Origin: Patescibacteria group bacterium
GTDB taxonomy: Bacteria > Patescibacteriota > Minisyncoccia > Phycocordibacterales > EsbW-18
DNA length: 64,000 nucleotides
NCBI GenBank assembly: GCA_038064475.1
Contig: JBBTTA010000002.1
Coordinates: 83,195-147,194, forward strand
Direction of reading: 5' to 3'
A model generated the notes under the pieces. That model made no database searches, had not been told where the DNA came from, and saw nothing but the letters and a program-made list of their open reading frames with translations. Of this stretch, positions 28,315 through 37,416 are shown one piece after another. Position numbers and translations under genes: made by a program. Each line of letters opens with the position of its first letter. The first letter of the stretch is position 1.

Positions 28315-29742
28315 CTACTCTGTTTCGCCTAAAAATTTCTTCCCGACAGAGAACAACCGATTCTCTCCCATATGTGGCGCAATCAATTGCACGCCAAGAG
28401 GTAGTTCCTTTCCCTCTTCATTCACCGTTCCTGATGGAACAGACATCGCTGGCATGCCAGTGTGATTTGATGACACCGTAAAGATGTCTTCGAGATACAT
28501 CGCGACAGGGTCATTTGTTTTGCTACCGAGTTTAAATGCTGGCCCTGCTGTTGTTGGTGTCACAATGACATCACATTTTTCAAACACCGTATTAAAATCT
28601 TTCGTAATCATACGACGCACGGCATTCGCTTTGTTGTAGTACGCATCGTAGTAGCCTGATGAAAGCACGTAGGTTCCAATCATAATGCGACGTCGTGGCT
28701 CCAGACCAAAACCTGTTCCACGTGTTTTAAAGTAGTCTTCAATAAGGTCCCCCCCTTCCTCATGGTACCCATACTTAACCCCATCAAAGCGCGCGAGGTT
28801 CGATGATGCTTCTGCGGGCAAAATAACGTAATACGTTGGCACCGAATACTTCACGTACGGAAGTTCAATATCAACGAGCGTATAGCCAAGCGTTTTTAAT
28901 TTTTCCAACGCCGCATCGAAGTTAGCGCGTACATCATCACGGAGTTTATTTTCATCCAAAAATGTTCGCGGCACACCAATCCTTTTTACATCTCCTAAAA
29001 CAGACGGGTAATCTGTCGTATCAACAGTTGTAAGATCCATCGCATCTTTTCCTTTCGTTACTTGAAACATTGCTTCAACATCTCCTACTGTTTTTCCAAA
29101 AGGACCAATAACATCGAGTGATGAGCCAAGCGCAATCAAACCGTGACGTGACACACTCCCATACGTTGGTTTGAGTCCGACGATGCCACAGAGCGCTGCA
29201 GGTTGTCGGATAGAACCGCCTGTGTCAGAACCAAAGGAACCAAGTGCTGCGCCCATGACAACGGCTGCCGCTGAACCTCCTGACGAACCCCCCGGAACAC
29301 GCTCAAAGTCGAGTGGGTTTTTTGTCGGACCATACACAGAGTGTTCTGTTGAACTTCCCATCGCAAATTCATCCATGTTTGCGCGTCCAATAAGCACCGC
29401 CCCAGCTTCTTTAAGTTTTGCGACAACGGTCGCGTCGTAGGGCGCAACAAAACCTTCAAGCACTTTTGAACCCGCTGTTGCTGTGTGTCCCTCGAAACAC
29501 ATGTTGTCCTTGAGCGCGACGGGGATGCCAGTGAGTGTTGTTGCTTTTCCTTCAGCAATCATTACATCTGCTCGTTCCGCTTGTTTTTTTGCATCTGCAT
29601 AGATTTCAAGAAATGCATGAACATCGGCATCCTTTGCTTTAATGTTTGCAAGACATGCGAGAAGTAGCTCCACGGCAGTGAATTCTTTTGCATCAAGTTT
29701 TTTGCGCGCCTCTGCTATTGATAGTGTTGTGACGTCGATCAT
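28315..29742 (-). CDS. gatA: Asp/Glu-tRNA amidotransferase subunit A
   Basis: Amidase signature GGSSGGSAA, GSDTGGSIRQPA, SSNLARFDG. Confidence 0.97.
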   Translation of the reverse strand: MIDVTTLSIAEARKKLDAKEFTAVELLLACLANIKAKDADVHAFLEIYADAKKQAERADVMIAEGKATTLTGIPVALKDNMCFEGHTATAGSKVLEGFVAPYDATVVAKLKEAGAVLIGRANMDEFAMGSSTEHSVYGPTKNPLDFERVPGGSSGGSAAAVVMGAALGSFGSDTGGSIRQPAALCGIVGLKPTYGSVSRHGLIALGSSLDVIGPFGKTVGDVEAMFQVTKGKDAMDLTTVDTTDYPSVLGDVKRIGVPRTFLDENKLRDDVRANFDAALEKLKTLGYTLVDIELPYVKYSVPTYYVILPAEASSNLARFDGVKYGYHEEGGDLIEDYFKTRGTGFGLEPRRRIMIGTYVLSSGYYDAYYNKANAVRRMITKDFNTVFEKCDVIVTPTTAGPAFKLGSKTNDPVAMYLEDIFTVSSNHTGMPAMSVPSGTVNEEGKELPLGVQLIAPHMGENRLFSVGKKFLGETE

Positions 29743-30026
29743 AGAATGTTTTTTACCTTCACATAGCCGTCTTCTTGTGCTGGCGCCGAGTTCAAAAGCG
29801 CCTCGGTGTACATGCCCGTTTCGTGTGGATTTGTATCCTCTCGCATAACGTTATGTGGCACACCAACAGTCGCATGATCATCGAGATTTACGTTCGCAGT
29901 CTTAAGCTCATCGACAAATGCGATGATATTCTCCATTTCCTTTGTCAGAGACTCTTTTTCGGCCTCGGAAAGGTCTATTCGGGCAAGCTGTGCAAGCTTT
30001 TCTACATCCTCTCTAGAAATCGTCAT
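29739..30026 (-). CDS. gatC: Asp/Glu-tRNA amidotransferase subunit C
   Basis: VEKLAQLARI, MRED, GYVKVKNIL; upstream of gatA. Confidence 0.93.
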   Translation of the reverse strand: MTISREDVEKLAQLARIDLSEAEKESLTKEMENIIAFVDELKTANVNLDDHATVGVPHNVMREDTNPHETGMYTEALLNSAPAQEDGYVKVKNIL

Positions 30027-30038
30027 ACGGTCAGTATA

Positions 30039-32048
30039 TCACGAGATAAGGGCCTTAAACTGCTCTTCTGTGATGACTTTTACACCAAGTTTCTCCGCTT
30101 CATCGAGTTTTGTGCCTGCTTCAACACCTGCCAAAACATAGTCTGTTTTTTTGGAGACTGAGCTTGAAATACTGCCCCCATGTACTCGAATAAGTTCTTT
30201 TGCTTCATCACGAGAAAGTGTTGGAAGTGTTCCCGTCAAAACAAATGTTTTGCCCGTTAATTTTGTAATTTGTAATTTGTAATTTGTAATTTCAACACGC
30301 ACGTGTTGTAGAAGATGTTCAAGAGGTTTTTTATTATCAGGATTTCGGAACCAATCGTAGACAGACTGTGCAACAACAACGCCTACTCCTTCAATTGCGG
30401 TAAGTTCGGGGAGTGTTGAATCACGAAGTTTTTGCAACGTTCCAAAATGATTTGCAATATCAATTGCCGTTTCTTCTCCAACATGTTGAATTGAAAGCCC
30501 AATCAAAAGTCGCGCGAATGGAACACGTTTTGCTTTCTCAATGGACGCAACAAGGTTGTCCGCTGATTTTTCAGCAAATCGTGGCAGTGAAAGCAAGTCG
30601 CCTTTCGTTATCGTAAAAATATCGGCAAACTCTGACACCAACCCCGCGTCTAAAAACATTTTTACCTGTTCTTTACCCAAGCCATCAATATCAAATGCGT
30701 GTTTTCCCACAAAATGTTCAAACACTCGTTCTGTTTGTGGACGTGAACCTTTGAACCTACATCGATACGCCGCCTCCCCTGGTACACGCTCGATTGAACC
30801 ATCTCCTCCACACAAAGCACATGTTGTTGGAAACTTCCAAATTTTTTCTTTCCCTGTGCGAAGATTTGTCAAAACAGAAACAACTTCAGGAATAACATCC
30901 CCCGCACGCTGTAATACCACGGTGTCTCCAATACGAAGATCCAATTCTTTTATAAAGTCTTCGTTATGGAGTGTTGCGCGGGACACCATTGCTCCACCGA
31001 CAAATACTGGCTTCAGGTGCGCGACAGGAGTCAAAACCCCTGTACGGCCAACCTGAAGCGCAATATCCTCAATGACTGTCGCTACTTGCTCTGCGGGAAA
31101 CTTATACGCAACGCCAAAGCGGGGCGCTTTGGCTGTATGTCCCAACATCTTTTGATGATCACGTCGCTCTACTTTGAGCACAATACCGTCAATATGATAT
31201 GGCATGTCGTGGCGTTTTTTCAGTGTCTCTGTATAAAACTTTTCAATATCTTCAACGGATTTACCAAGTTTAAATACAGGGTTCACATTAAAACCGAGCT
31301 CTTTGAGTTTCTTCAACTCTCCTGTTTGTGTATCTGGAATATCATCCGAAATTTGTTCAATATCGTATGCAAAGTTTTCAAGCTTTCGTGAAGCAGTTAT
31401 TGATGCATCAAGTTGTCGCAAGGATCCCGCAGCCGCATTTCGTGTGTTTGCAAAAAGTTGTTCATCGTTTTTTGCGCGCTCACGGTTTATACGTGCAAGT
31501 TCGGTATCAGAGAGCCAAATTTCACCAATAGCAATTACATCAATAAGTTTTGAAAGTGTGTGAGGAATGTTTTTAATCGTTTTTACTGTATGCGTCACAT
31601 CTTCTCCAATATCCCCATTACCACGCGTTGCTGCGAGTGTTAGCTTTCCCTTTTTGTACGTGAGTATTGCTTTGAGTCCATCAATTTTGTACTCCATGCA
31701 GTACGCAACGTCTGATGCTTTGCCACCTTCTTTTTCAACACCCTTTCGCACGCGCTCATCCCATGCGCGCAATTCTTCCGATGTAAAAACGTTATCAAAG
31801 GAATACTGCCGCACAGCGTGTTGCACTTTTGAGAATGCTTCAGACACATCAGCACCAATACTCTCGCTTGGAGTATCGTATGCTTTTAATTCAGGATACT
31901 TGTATTCAATTACCTGAAGTTCTTTGACAAGACTGTCATACACCTCATCAGATATCTCTGGCGCATCATGGGTATGGTAAAGATCCCGATGGTGCTTTAC
32001 CTCGGCAAGGAGCGTTTCGTAGCGTGTTTGTAGAGATTTTGGTGCCAT
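30039..32048 (-). CDS. ligA: NAD-dependent DNA ligase
   Basis: KIDG, TRGNG..GEDVT, RNAAAGSLRQL, VGRTG, RAGDVIP, BRCT; start at MAPKS. Confidence 0.97.
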   Translation of the reverse strand: MAPKSLQTRYETLLAEVKHHRDLYHTHDAPEISDEVYDSLVKELQVIEYKYPELKAYDTPSESIGADVSEAFSKVQHAVRQYSFDNVFTSEELRAWDERVRKGVEKEGGKASDVAYCMEYKIDGLKAILTYKKGKLTLAATRGNGDIGEDVTHTVKTIKNIPHTLSKLIDVIAIGEIWLSDTELARINRERAKNDEQLFANTRNAAAGSLRQLDASITASRKLENFAYDIEQISDDIPDTQTGELKKLKELGFNVNPVFKLGKSVEDIEKFYTETLKKRHDMPYHIDGIVLKVERRDHQKMLGHTAKAPRFGVAYKFPAEQVATVIEDIALQVGRTGVLTPVAHLKPVFVGGAMVSRATLHNEDFIKELDLRIGDTVVLQRAGDVIPEVVSVLTNLRTGKEKIWKFPTTCALCGGDGSIERVPGEAAYRCRFKGSRPQTERVFEHFVGKHAFDIDGLGKEQVKMFLDAGLVSEFADIFTITKGDLLSLPRFAEKSADNLVASIEKAKRVPFARLLIGLSIQHVGEETAIDIANHFGTLQKLRDSTLPELTAIEGVGVVVAQSVYDWFRNPDNKKPLEHLLQHVRVEITNYKLQITKLTGKTFVLTGTLPTLSRDEAKELIRVHGGSISSSVSKKTDYVLAGVEAGTKLDEAEKLGVKVITEEQFKALIS

Positions 32049-32160
32049 ATCTTCTACAGTGTAGCAGAAATGCCAAATATCAAATTTCAAATAACAAATG
32101 CCAAAAACACCTCTATTTTGATGTTTGACATTTGATATTTGAAATTACGACGCCTCGTCG

Positions 32161-33402
32161 TTAGTATTCCGCACGCAATGCACGCTCAAGACGTCGGTTG
32201 CTTGATATCTCACAAGTGTTGTAGCCACGGGCAACAATTGTTGTTGACGAAGTGTTCTTTGTCACCGTTACTAGTGCACAACGGCCGTCTTCAAGTGAAA
32301 GGTCAAATGTAGTTGTTGCCGATTCTCCACTCGATTCAGACACCCATGCAAGCGGATTACCATTAGAATCTTCATACCAGCCTGTTTCTGGATCTGAAAT
32401 GTCAGCTTCTGCACAGAGAATATTGCTCATTTCTGCAACGGGTGGCACAAAAATATTATTCGCGTCTCCCGCAACGATTGCATCAATTTCCTCATCTGAA
32501 AGTGCGCGGTTGTAAATACGAAGATCATCAAGCGTACCTGAATACCACCCAGCGTTGCCACCGTTTTGTCCTATAAACTGTACACTAAAGTCCCCCCCAC
32601 TAGTTCCAAGAGAAGTGGGAGCCCCACCATTCACCTGAACCTGTAGACTATTATCTGCCTTTCGGATAACAACAAAATGTGTCCATCCTGAAAAAGATGC
32701 TGGCATATCGGCTTCATGATTCTGCGCGTCGATACGCAAGCGATATTTGTTTTGAGTAGTAAAGACAAAAGAAAATCGATCCGAGGCTCCTGACTTTGCA
32801 ACTATCGTACGTCCTCCTCCAGTTTGCGTCGGAAGCTGTGGCTGTGCCCAAAAAGAAACAGTGAACTCCCCTGCATATGACGTTTCTTCTTCTAACCCCA
32901 CATAATCGCCCGCTCCATCGAAGGAAAGTGCGTCATTGATATATCCGGGAATCCTGTTTGGACCGTCAGAACCGTTAATACCGAGAATAAGCCCGTCATT
33001 ATTTCCCGATCCTGTATCAAACACATCATCACCAGATCCTTCATCCATACGCCAATAGTTTACGATGCCCGACGCAAGAGAGTCCCCGTAAAAACCGAAT
33101 GCAGGCGATAGACCGTCATATTGCAAATCCCAATAGAGTGCACATTCAAGCGCGGTGTCCGCAGCATAAAATGCATTTTGTGATTCGCGCGCATCTGAAG
33201 TAAGAATAAGTTCCTTAAGCGTAATGTTGTAGACAGCAAGACCAAGCGCGAGCAAAAGTGACGTCACCAAGACAGCGTAGAAAAGCGTAAAACCACGCGA
33301 CACGCGAAGCGCGCGTCGCGTGAAATAACAAATAACAGAAAACAGGCAACAAAAACGTTGTGTTTTGTTTTCTGTTTTCTGTTTTCTGTTTTCTGTTGTC
33401 AT
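32161..33402 (-). CDS. PilX-like minor pilin with LamG/concanavalin-like domain
   Basis: G/FTLF cleavage site without E5, AFYAADTALECALYWD, YWRMDEGSG..LDDLRIYNRALS. Confidence 0.8.
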   Translation of the reverse strand: MTTENRKQKTENKTQRFCCLFSVICYFTRRALRVSRGFTLFYAVLVTSLLLALGLAVYNITLKELILTSDARESQNAFYAADTALECALYWDLQYDGLSPAFGFYGDSLASGIVNYWRMDEGSGDDVFDTGSGNNDGLILGINGSDGPNRIPGYINDALSFDGAGDYVGLEEETSYAGEFTVSFWAQPQLPTQTGGGRTIVAKSGASDRFSFVFTTQNKYRLRIDAQNHEADMPASFSGWTHFVVIRKADNSLQVQVNGGAPTSLGTSGGDFSVQFIGQNGGNAGWYSGTLDDLRIYNRALSDEEIDAIVAGDANNIFVPPVAEMSNILCAEADISDPETGWYEDSNGNPLAWVSESSGESATTTFDLSLEDGRCALVTVTKNTSSTTIVARGYNTCEISSNRRLERALRAEY

Positions 33403-33403
33403 G

Positions 33404-33964
33404 CTATTCCCAATTATAGATAAACTCATTCATCGTCACGTTGCGTTGTGCAATTCCTTCATACCATTCGACTCGCGTTGTTACTTTTATTTCTTTATCA
33501 GTGCGCACATTCTCAATCCATGTTGTGCGACGAAATGCTGAATCAACTCCTTCCCCGTATCCATACACGTATGTTGTTGTGTTATACGTCATAATCGGAC
33601 ACTGATCTAGACAATCTCTTACCTCTGACGTAGAGATATCGATATAACATCCATCTTCTACTTGGCAATCCTCAAGTGTCGTAAGCCAGTCATTTCCTGT
33701 CAATGCGTTGGTGTCGCGTGTCGCGCGAATAAATTCGATCGTTTCTTGTGCAAGATAAATTGCAGTCACTTGATTGCGTGCAACGCGCGATGCGGCAAGA
33801 CTTTGATACACAAGAGACAATGGGGCGGTCACCGCCAACAAAAGTACGGCGATTGCCACCAATGTTTCAACGAAAGTAAAACCCCGAATCATGAAGCGAG
33901 AATCATGAATCATGCCAAAAAAGTTTCCGTTATCTTGATTCTTGATTCTTGATTCTTGATTCAT
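33404..33964 (-). CDS. Minor pilin (PilV-like)
   Basis: GFTFVETLVAI..A.YLAQE.IE; start may be the GTG at 33985. Confidence 0.85.
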   Translation of the reverse strand: MNQESRIKNQDNGNFFGMIHDSRFMIRGFTFVETLVAIAVLLLAVTAPLSLVYQSLAASRVARNQVTAIYLAQETIEFIRATRDTNALTGNDWLTTLEDCQVEDGCYIDISTSEVRDCLDQCPIMTYNTTTYVYGYGEGVDSAFRRTTWIENVRTDKEIKVTTRVEWYEGIAQRNVTMNEFIYNWE

Positions 33965-33984
33965 AATTGTATTGTGTGATTTCA

Positions 33985-34611
33985 CTATCGATCAAGGAGC
34001 CTTTGTGTAATAAGCGTCTGGAGACTAAATACGGTACGTGTCTTGCCCTCCGGTCCTGCAAATCCCTGAAAAACCAAAAGAACGCGAGGCTGTTCGTTGT
34101 CCGTTGAACGCTCTCCTCTAACATAAAACTTCAATACTTCGATATCAACCTCAGGCGCCGTGAGAGCTAGATAGTTAATACCCCCATCGGTTGACCGCTC
34201 AAGACTCATGTCCGTTTTGTTAAACCGATAGTGAATCTCTTCTCCATCAGTTGAAAGGAAGTTAAACTCTTCCGTGCCTTGATCGGGGTCACACGACGAA
34301 ACCCCACAGTCGTACGCAGTCCCCACGCGAATGGCGCGCGTCATACTATCAAGCGCGAAGTTGAGATTGTTCATAACCGATTTCACGCTCTGTGCCTTTC
34401 GGTTTGCCTCAACAATTGAAACAAGAGCCCCTGTCGCAATAAGCATCACAATAGAAAAAATAAACACAGAAACAATCATCTCAACAAGCGTGAACCCGCG
34501 CGACGCGCCGCTTGCGCGACGCGCAGAAAAACAGAGAACAGAGAACAGAGAACAGATCGTTTCATGTGTGTTTTTTGTTTTCTGTTTTTTGTTTTCTGTT
34601 TTCTGATTCAT
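33985..34611 (-). CDS. Minor pilin (PilW/PulJ-like)
   Basis: GFTLVEMIVS prepilin motif. Confidence 0.85.
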   Translation of the reverse strand: MNQKTENKKQKTKNTHETICSLFSVLCFSARRASGASRGFTLVEMIVSVFIFSIVMLIATGALVSIVEANRKAQSVKSVMNNLNFALDSMTRAIRVGTAYDCGVSSCDPDQGTEEFNFLSTDGEEIHYRFNKTDMSLERSTDGGINYLALTAPEVDIEVLKFYVRGERSTDNEQPRVLLVFQGFAGPEGKTRTVFSLQTLITQRLLDR

Positions 34612-34614
34612 ACA

Positions 34615-35226
34615 TTATTCTTTTACCTCTTCAAGTTCATGCCGTATTGAAAACTGCCCTGTGGATTCGATGAACACATAGCGTTGGCCTCCGCGTACTG
34701 ACACAATACCAACAGCGGCGCGTCCTATGGTACCGCGTTCAATAATAGCGTCGGGTTCAGGGCGCTCGAATACTATCGTCAACTCATCAAGATCACACCC
34801 GGTTCCTTCGAGATCACAAATCGGTTGAATAATTGCACCACGACCGAGTGTGTATGTCTCAAGGAGCTCGTTTGCGTCATAAAAGCCGTCGTTGTCCCTG
34901 TCGATAAAGAACTTATATGTTGTCGTACCGTTTTCAAAAAAGATGCCGTACGGATCATCGAACCCTCCTTGATCTGTGCGTACGTTTATTCCATAGCTTT
35001 GTGCTTTACGAACCGACAATGCAACATCGTATGCCATATTCGTAAGAAGTACTTCATCATCAAACTTTGAGTTTCGCGTGATGATGACTGAAGAAATGAG
35101 AGCAAAAATAGCAACTGTCACGAGCATTTCAATGAGCGTGAAGCCGTGAATCATGAAGCAAGAATCATGAATCATGCTAAAAAACCTTTTCTGGTCCTGA
35201 TTCTTGATTCTTGATTCTTGATTCAT
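34615..35226 (-). CDS. Minor pilin (FimT/GspH-like)
   Basis: GFTLIEMLVT prepilin motif; start at MNQESR directly after the pilD stop. Confidence 0.85.
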   Translation of the reverse strand: MNQESRIKNQDQKRFFSMIHDSCFMIHGFTLIEMLVTVAIFALISSVIITRNSKFDDEVLLTNMAYDVALSVRKAQSYGINVRTDQGGFDDPYGIFFENGTTTYKFFIDRDNDGFYDANELLETYTLGRGAIIQPICDLEGTGCDLDELTIVFERPEPDAIIERGTIGRAAVGIVSVRGGQRYVFIESTGQFSIRHELEEVKE

Positions 35227-35227
35227 A

Positions 35228-36031
35228 TTAGGAGATGTATCCGATGAGCGTGAGAATATCAATTGATCCGAAGAGGACAATAAGCAATCCGAGAATAAGA
35301 AACGGAGCGAAAGGAACCTCACTCTTCATTGTAAGCCCCGAGCTGCCCCACCGCAAACGAGTTTTCGACAGAATAATGAGAGCAAGGCTCACTAATGCAC
35401 CTGACCAAAACGCCCAAATAAGCGCGGAGATCGAACCAAGAATCCCGAGCATAAAACCAATACCAAGGGACAATTTTGCATCACCAAAACCCATCCACCG
35501 CCCGCCTGAGACAAACCACAAGAATGCAAACGGAAATGCTGCAATTAATCCTGAAACAAAAGGATACCACCATGGAGCATACGGAATGATTGCGTACGGC
35601 ATAAATCCGTATGATAGTGCGAGCGCAGCAAATGTATACACAAGGCTGTCCGGAATGATGGTGTGGCGAATGTCGTAGACGGTGATTACAACAAGAATAC
35701 TCATAATAAATGCAAGATGAAGTGCGTGGAGTGGGATGAGAATTCCTGCCGAGAATGCTTTAGAGAGAGCGAGTGTGAAAAGAATACCGGTGAGTATTTC
35801 AACAATCGGATACTGCCATGAAATGTGCGCACAACATGCACGACAGCGGCCGCGCTGAAAGAGAAAGCTAAAAAGTGGAATAAGTTCAAACCACCGCAAT
35901 ACGTGTCTGCACGAACCGCATGATGATCGCCCCCCCAGACCACGCCCTGTACGAAAACGAAGTACGACCACGTTAAGAAAACTACCAATGAGAAGTCCGA
36001 AAAGAAAAGCGAAAATAAGAAACAACGACAT
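35228..36031 (-). CDS. pilD: Prepilin peptidase
   Basis: GSFLNVV, CxxC pairs, YD, MGFGDAKL, VPFAPFL. Confidence 0.95.
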   Translation of the reverse strand: MSLFLIFAFLFGLLIGSFLNVVVLRFRTGRGLGGRSSCGSCRHVLRWFELIPLFSFLFQRGRCRACCAHISWQYPIVEILTGILFTLALSKAFSAGILIPLHALHLAFIMSILVVITVYDIRHTIIPDSLVYTFAALALSYGFMPYAIIPYAPWWYPFVSGLIAAFPFAFLWFVSGGRWMGFGDAKLSLGIGFMLGILGSISALIWAFWSGALVSLALIILSKTRLRWGSSGLTMKSEVPFAPFLILGLLIVLFGSIDILTLIGYIS

Positions 36032-36143
36032 ATATACAGTATACCCAGCACTTACAATCTAAAACAGGGATATCTCGGAACATCGAACATGTTTTTATCC
36101 ATCTTTTTGAAAGAAACTTTTAGTAAGTGCCGGGTATACAGGA

Positions 36144-36175
36144 AAACAAAAAACCCCTTTCGGGGTTTTTGTTTT
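36144..36175. terminator. Terminator after the major pilin genes
   Basis: acaaaaaacccc-tttc-ggggtttttgt. Confidence 0.7.
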
Positions 36176-36190
36176 GTGTGCGAAGGAGAG

Positions 36191-36640
36191 TTATGGTCGT
36201 ACGCAGTAAAATGGAGATGTTGTGTCCTGACAATCAATTCCAAGTGCGTCTGCATCATCAACATCACCATCTAAGACCGTGTTTTGTGTATCTTCAAGTT
36301 GTGCGCGAAGTACATATGTTGTTGCCGTTCCCGAATACATATATATCCCTGCGGCAGTTGGGTCTATAGGAATTGCTTGCATAAACCCACTTGTGACAAG
36401 TGCCGCACCTGCGACTGATGTTGAAGCGAGTGTGCCTGCCGCCTCTACTGGATACGTACGATTCGAGTCGAAGTACAGCTCAAGTGCAAGTTTCACCTGA
36501 CCCATATCAGAAACACGTTTCGCATCACGGCCCTTCAAACGTGCGCTGTTGAGTGACGCCAACACAACTGATGAGAGAATACCGATGATGGCGATAACCA
36601 CCAAGAGTTCAATCAATGTAAAACCTTTTTGTTGTTTCAT
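36191..36640 (-). CDS. Major type IV pilin / GspG-like, copy 2
   Basis: GFTLIELLVVIAIIGILSSVVLASLNSAR.KGRDAKR; C-terminal Cys pair. Confidence 0.92.
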   Translation of the reverse strand: MKQQKGFTLIELLVVIAIIGILSSVVLASLNSARLKGRDAKRVSDMGQVKLALELYFDSNRTYPVEAAGTLASTSVAGAALVTSGFMQAIPIDPTAAGIYMYSGTATTYVLRAQLEDTQNTVLDGDVDDADALGIDCQDTTSPFYCVRP

Positions 36641-36657
36641 ATCTTGTAATTAATATA

Positions 36658-37092
36658 CTACGGTCGCACGCAGTAGTACGCTATCGGTGTGTCAGAACAA
36701 TCGGTGTTTGCAGTACCGTTTGATGTTCCATCAATGTCTCCCACCAATGTGACGTGGTTTGCGTCTTCAAGTGCTGCACGGAGAACGTATGATGTGGCAT
36801 TGCTTGCAGCTGCCGAGTAGAGGTATTGTTCACCACTTACTGGTGGAACGGGAAGCGCCGGCATGTAGCCTCCTGTTACCAACGAGCTTGATGCTGCTGG
36901 GTATGCGCGGTTTGAGTCGAAGTAGAGTTCAAAAGCAACGCGCATTTGGCCGAGGTCAGAAACACGCTTTGCATCACGGCCCTTCTGACGTGCGCTGTTA
37001 AGAGATGCCAACACAACTGATGAGAGAATACCGATGATGGCGATAACCACCAAGAGTTCAATCAATGTAAAACCTTTATTTTTTCCTTTCAT
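36658..37092 (-). CDS. Major type IV pilin / GspG-like, copy 1
   Basis: Same N-terminal helix; tandem paralog. Confidence 0.92.
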   Translation of the reverse strand: MKGKNKGFTLIELLVVIAIIGILSSVVLASLNSARQKGRDAKRVSDLGQMRVAFELYFDSNRAYPAASSSLVTGGYMPALPVPPVSGEQYLYSAAASNATSYVLRAALEDANHVTLVGDIDGTSNGTANTDCSDTPIAYYCVRP

Positions 37093-37148
37093 GGATTATT
37101 AATTAAATGTTCAAACTTATAAATGCTTAATAACGTAAGCGTGTATTC

Positions 37149-37192
37149 ATTATAGTTGAAGCTAGGGCTGGGGCACCACCCCCTGTGGATAA
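37149..37192 (-). promoter_or_regulatory. Pilin promoter -10 (TATAAT) with perfect DnaA box 29 nt upstream
   Basis: attata at 37149-37154, tgtggataa at 37184-37192. Confidence 0.55.
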
Positions 37193-37416
37193 AGGCCATT
37201 CGGCCCTGCCTTTGGAAAATGCACGCGTCCGCGGCTGCTGCCACGGCGCTCCCGCTCGGGCCGTCGCCCTGCGCAAGACATTTCCCAAAGGACGGCCTCA
37301 TTCAAGCGTTTTAGGAATCAAAAATCATGAATTAAAGGAGGTATACGCGCCTTTTGTACGATATATCGTACAAAAGGCGCTCTTGATTCTTGATTCCAGC
37401 TTCTTGATTCTAGCTT

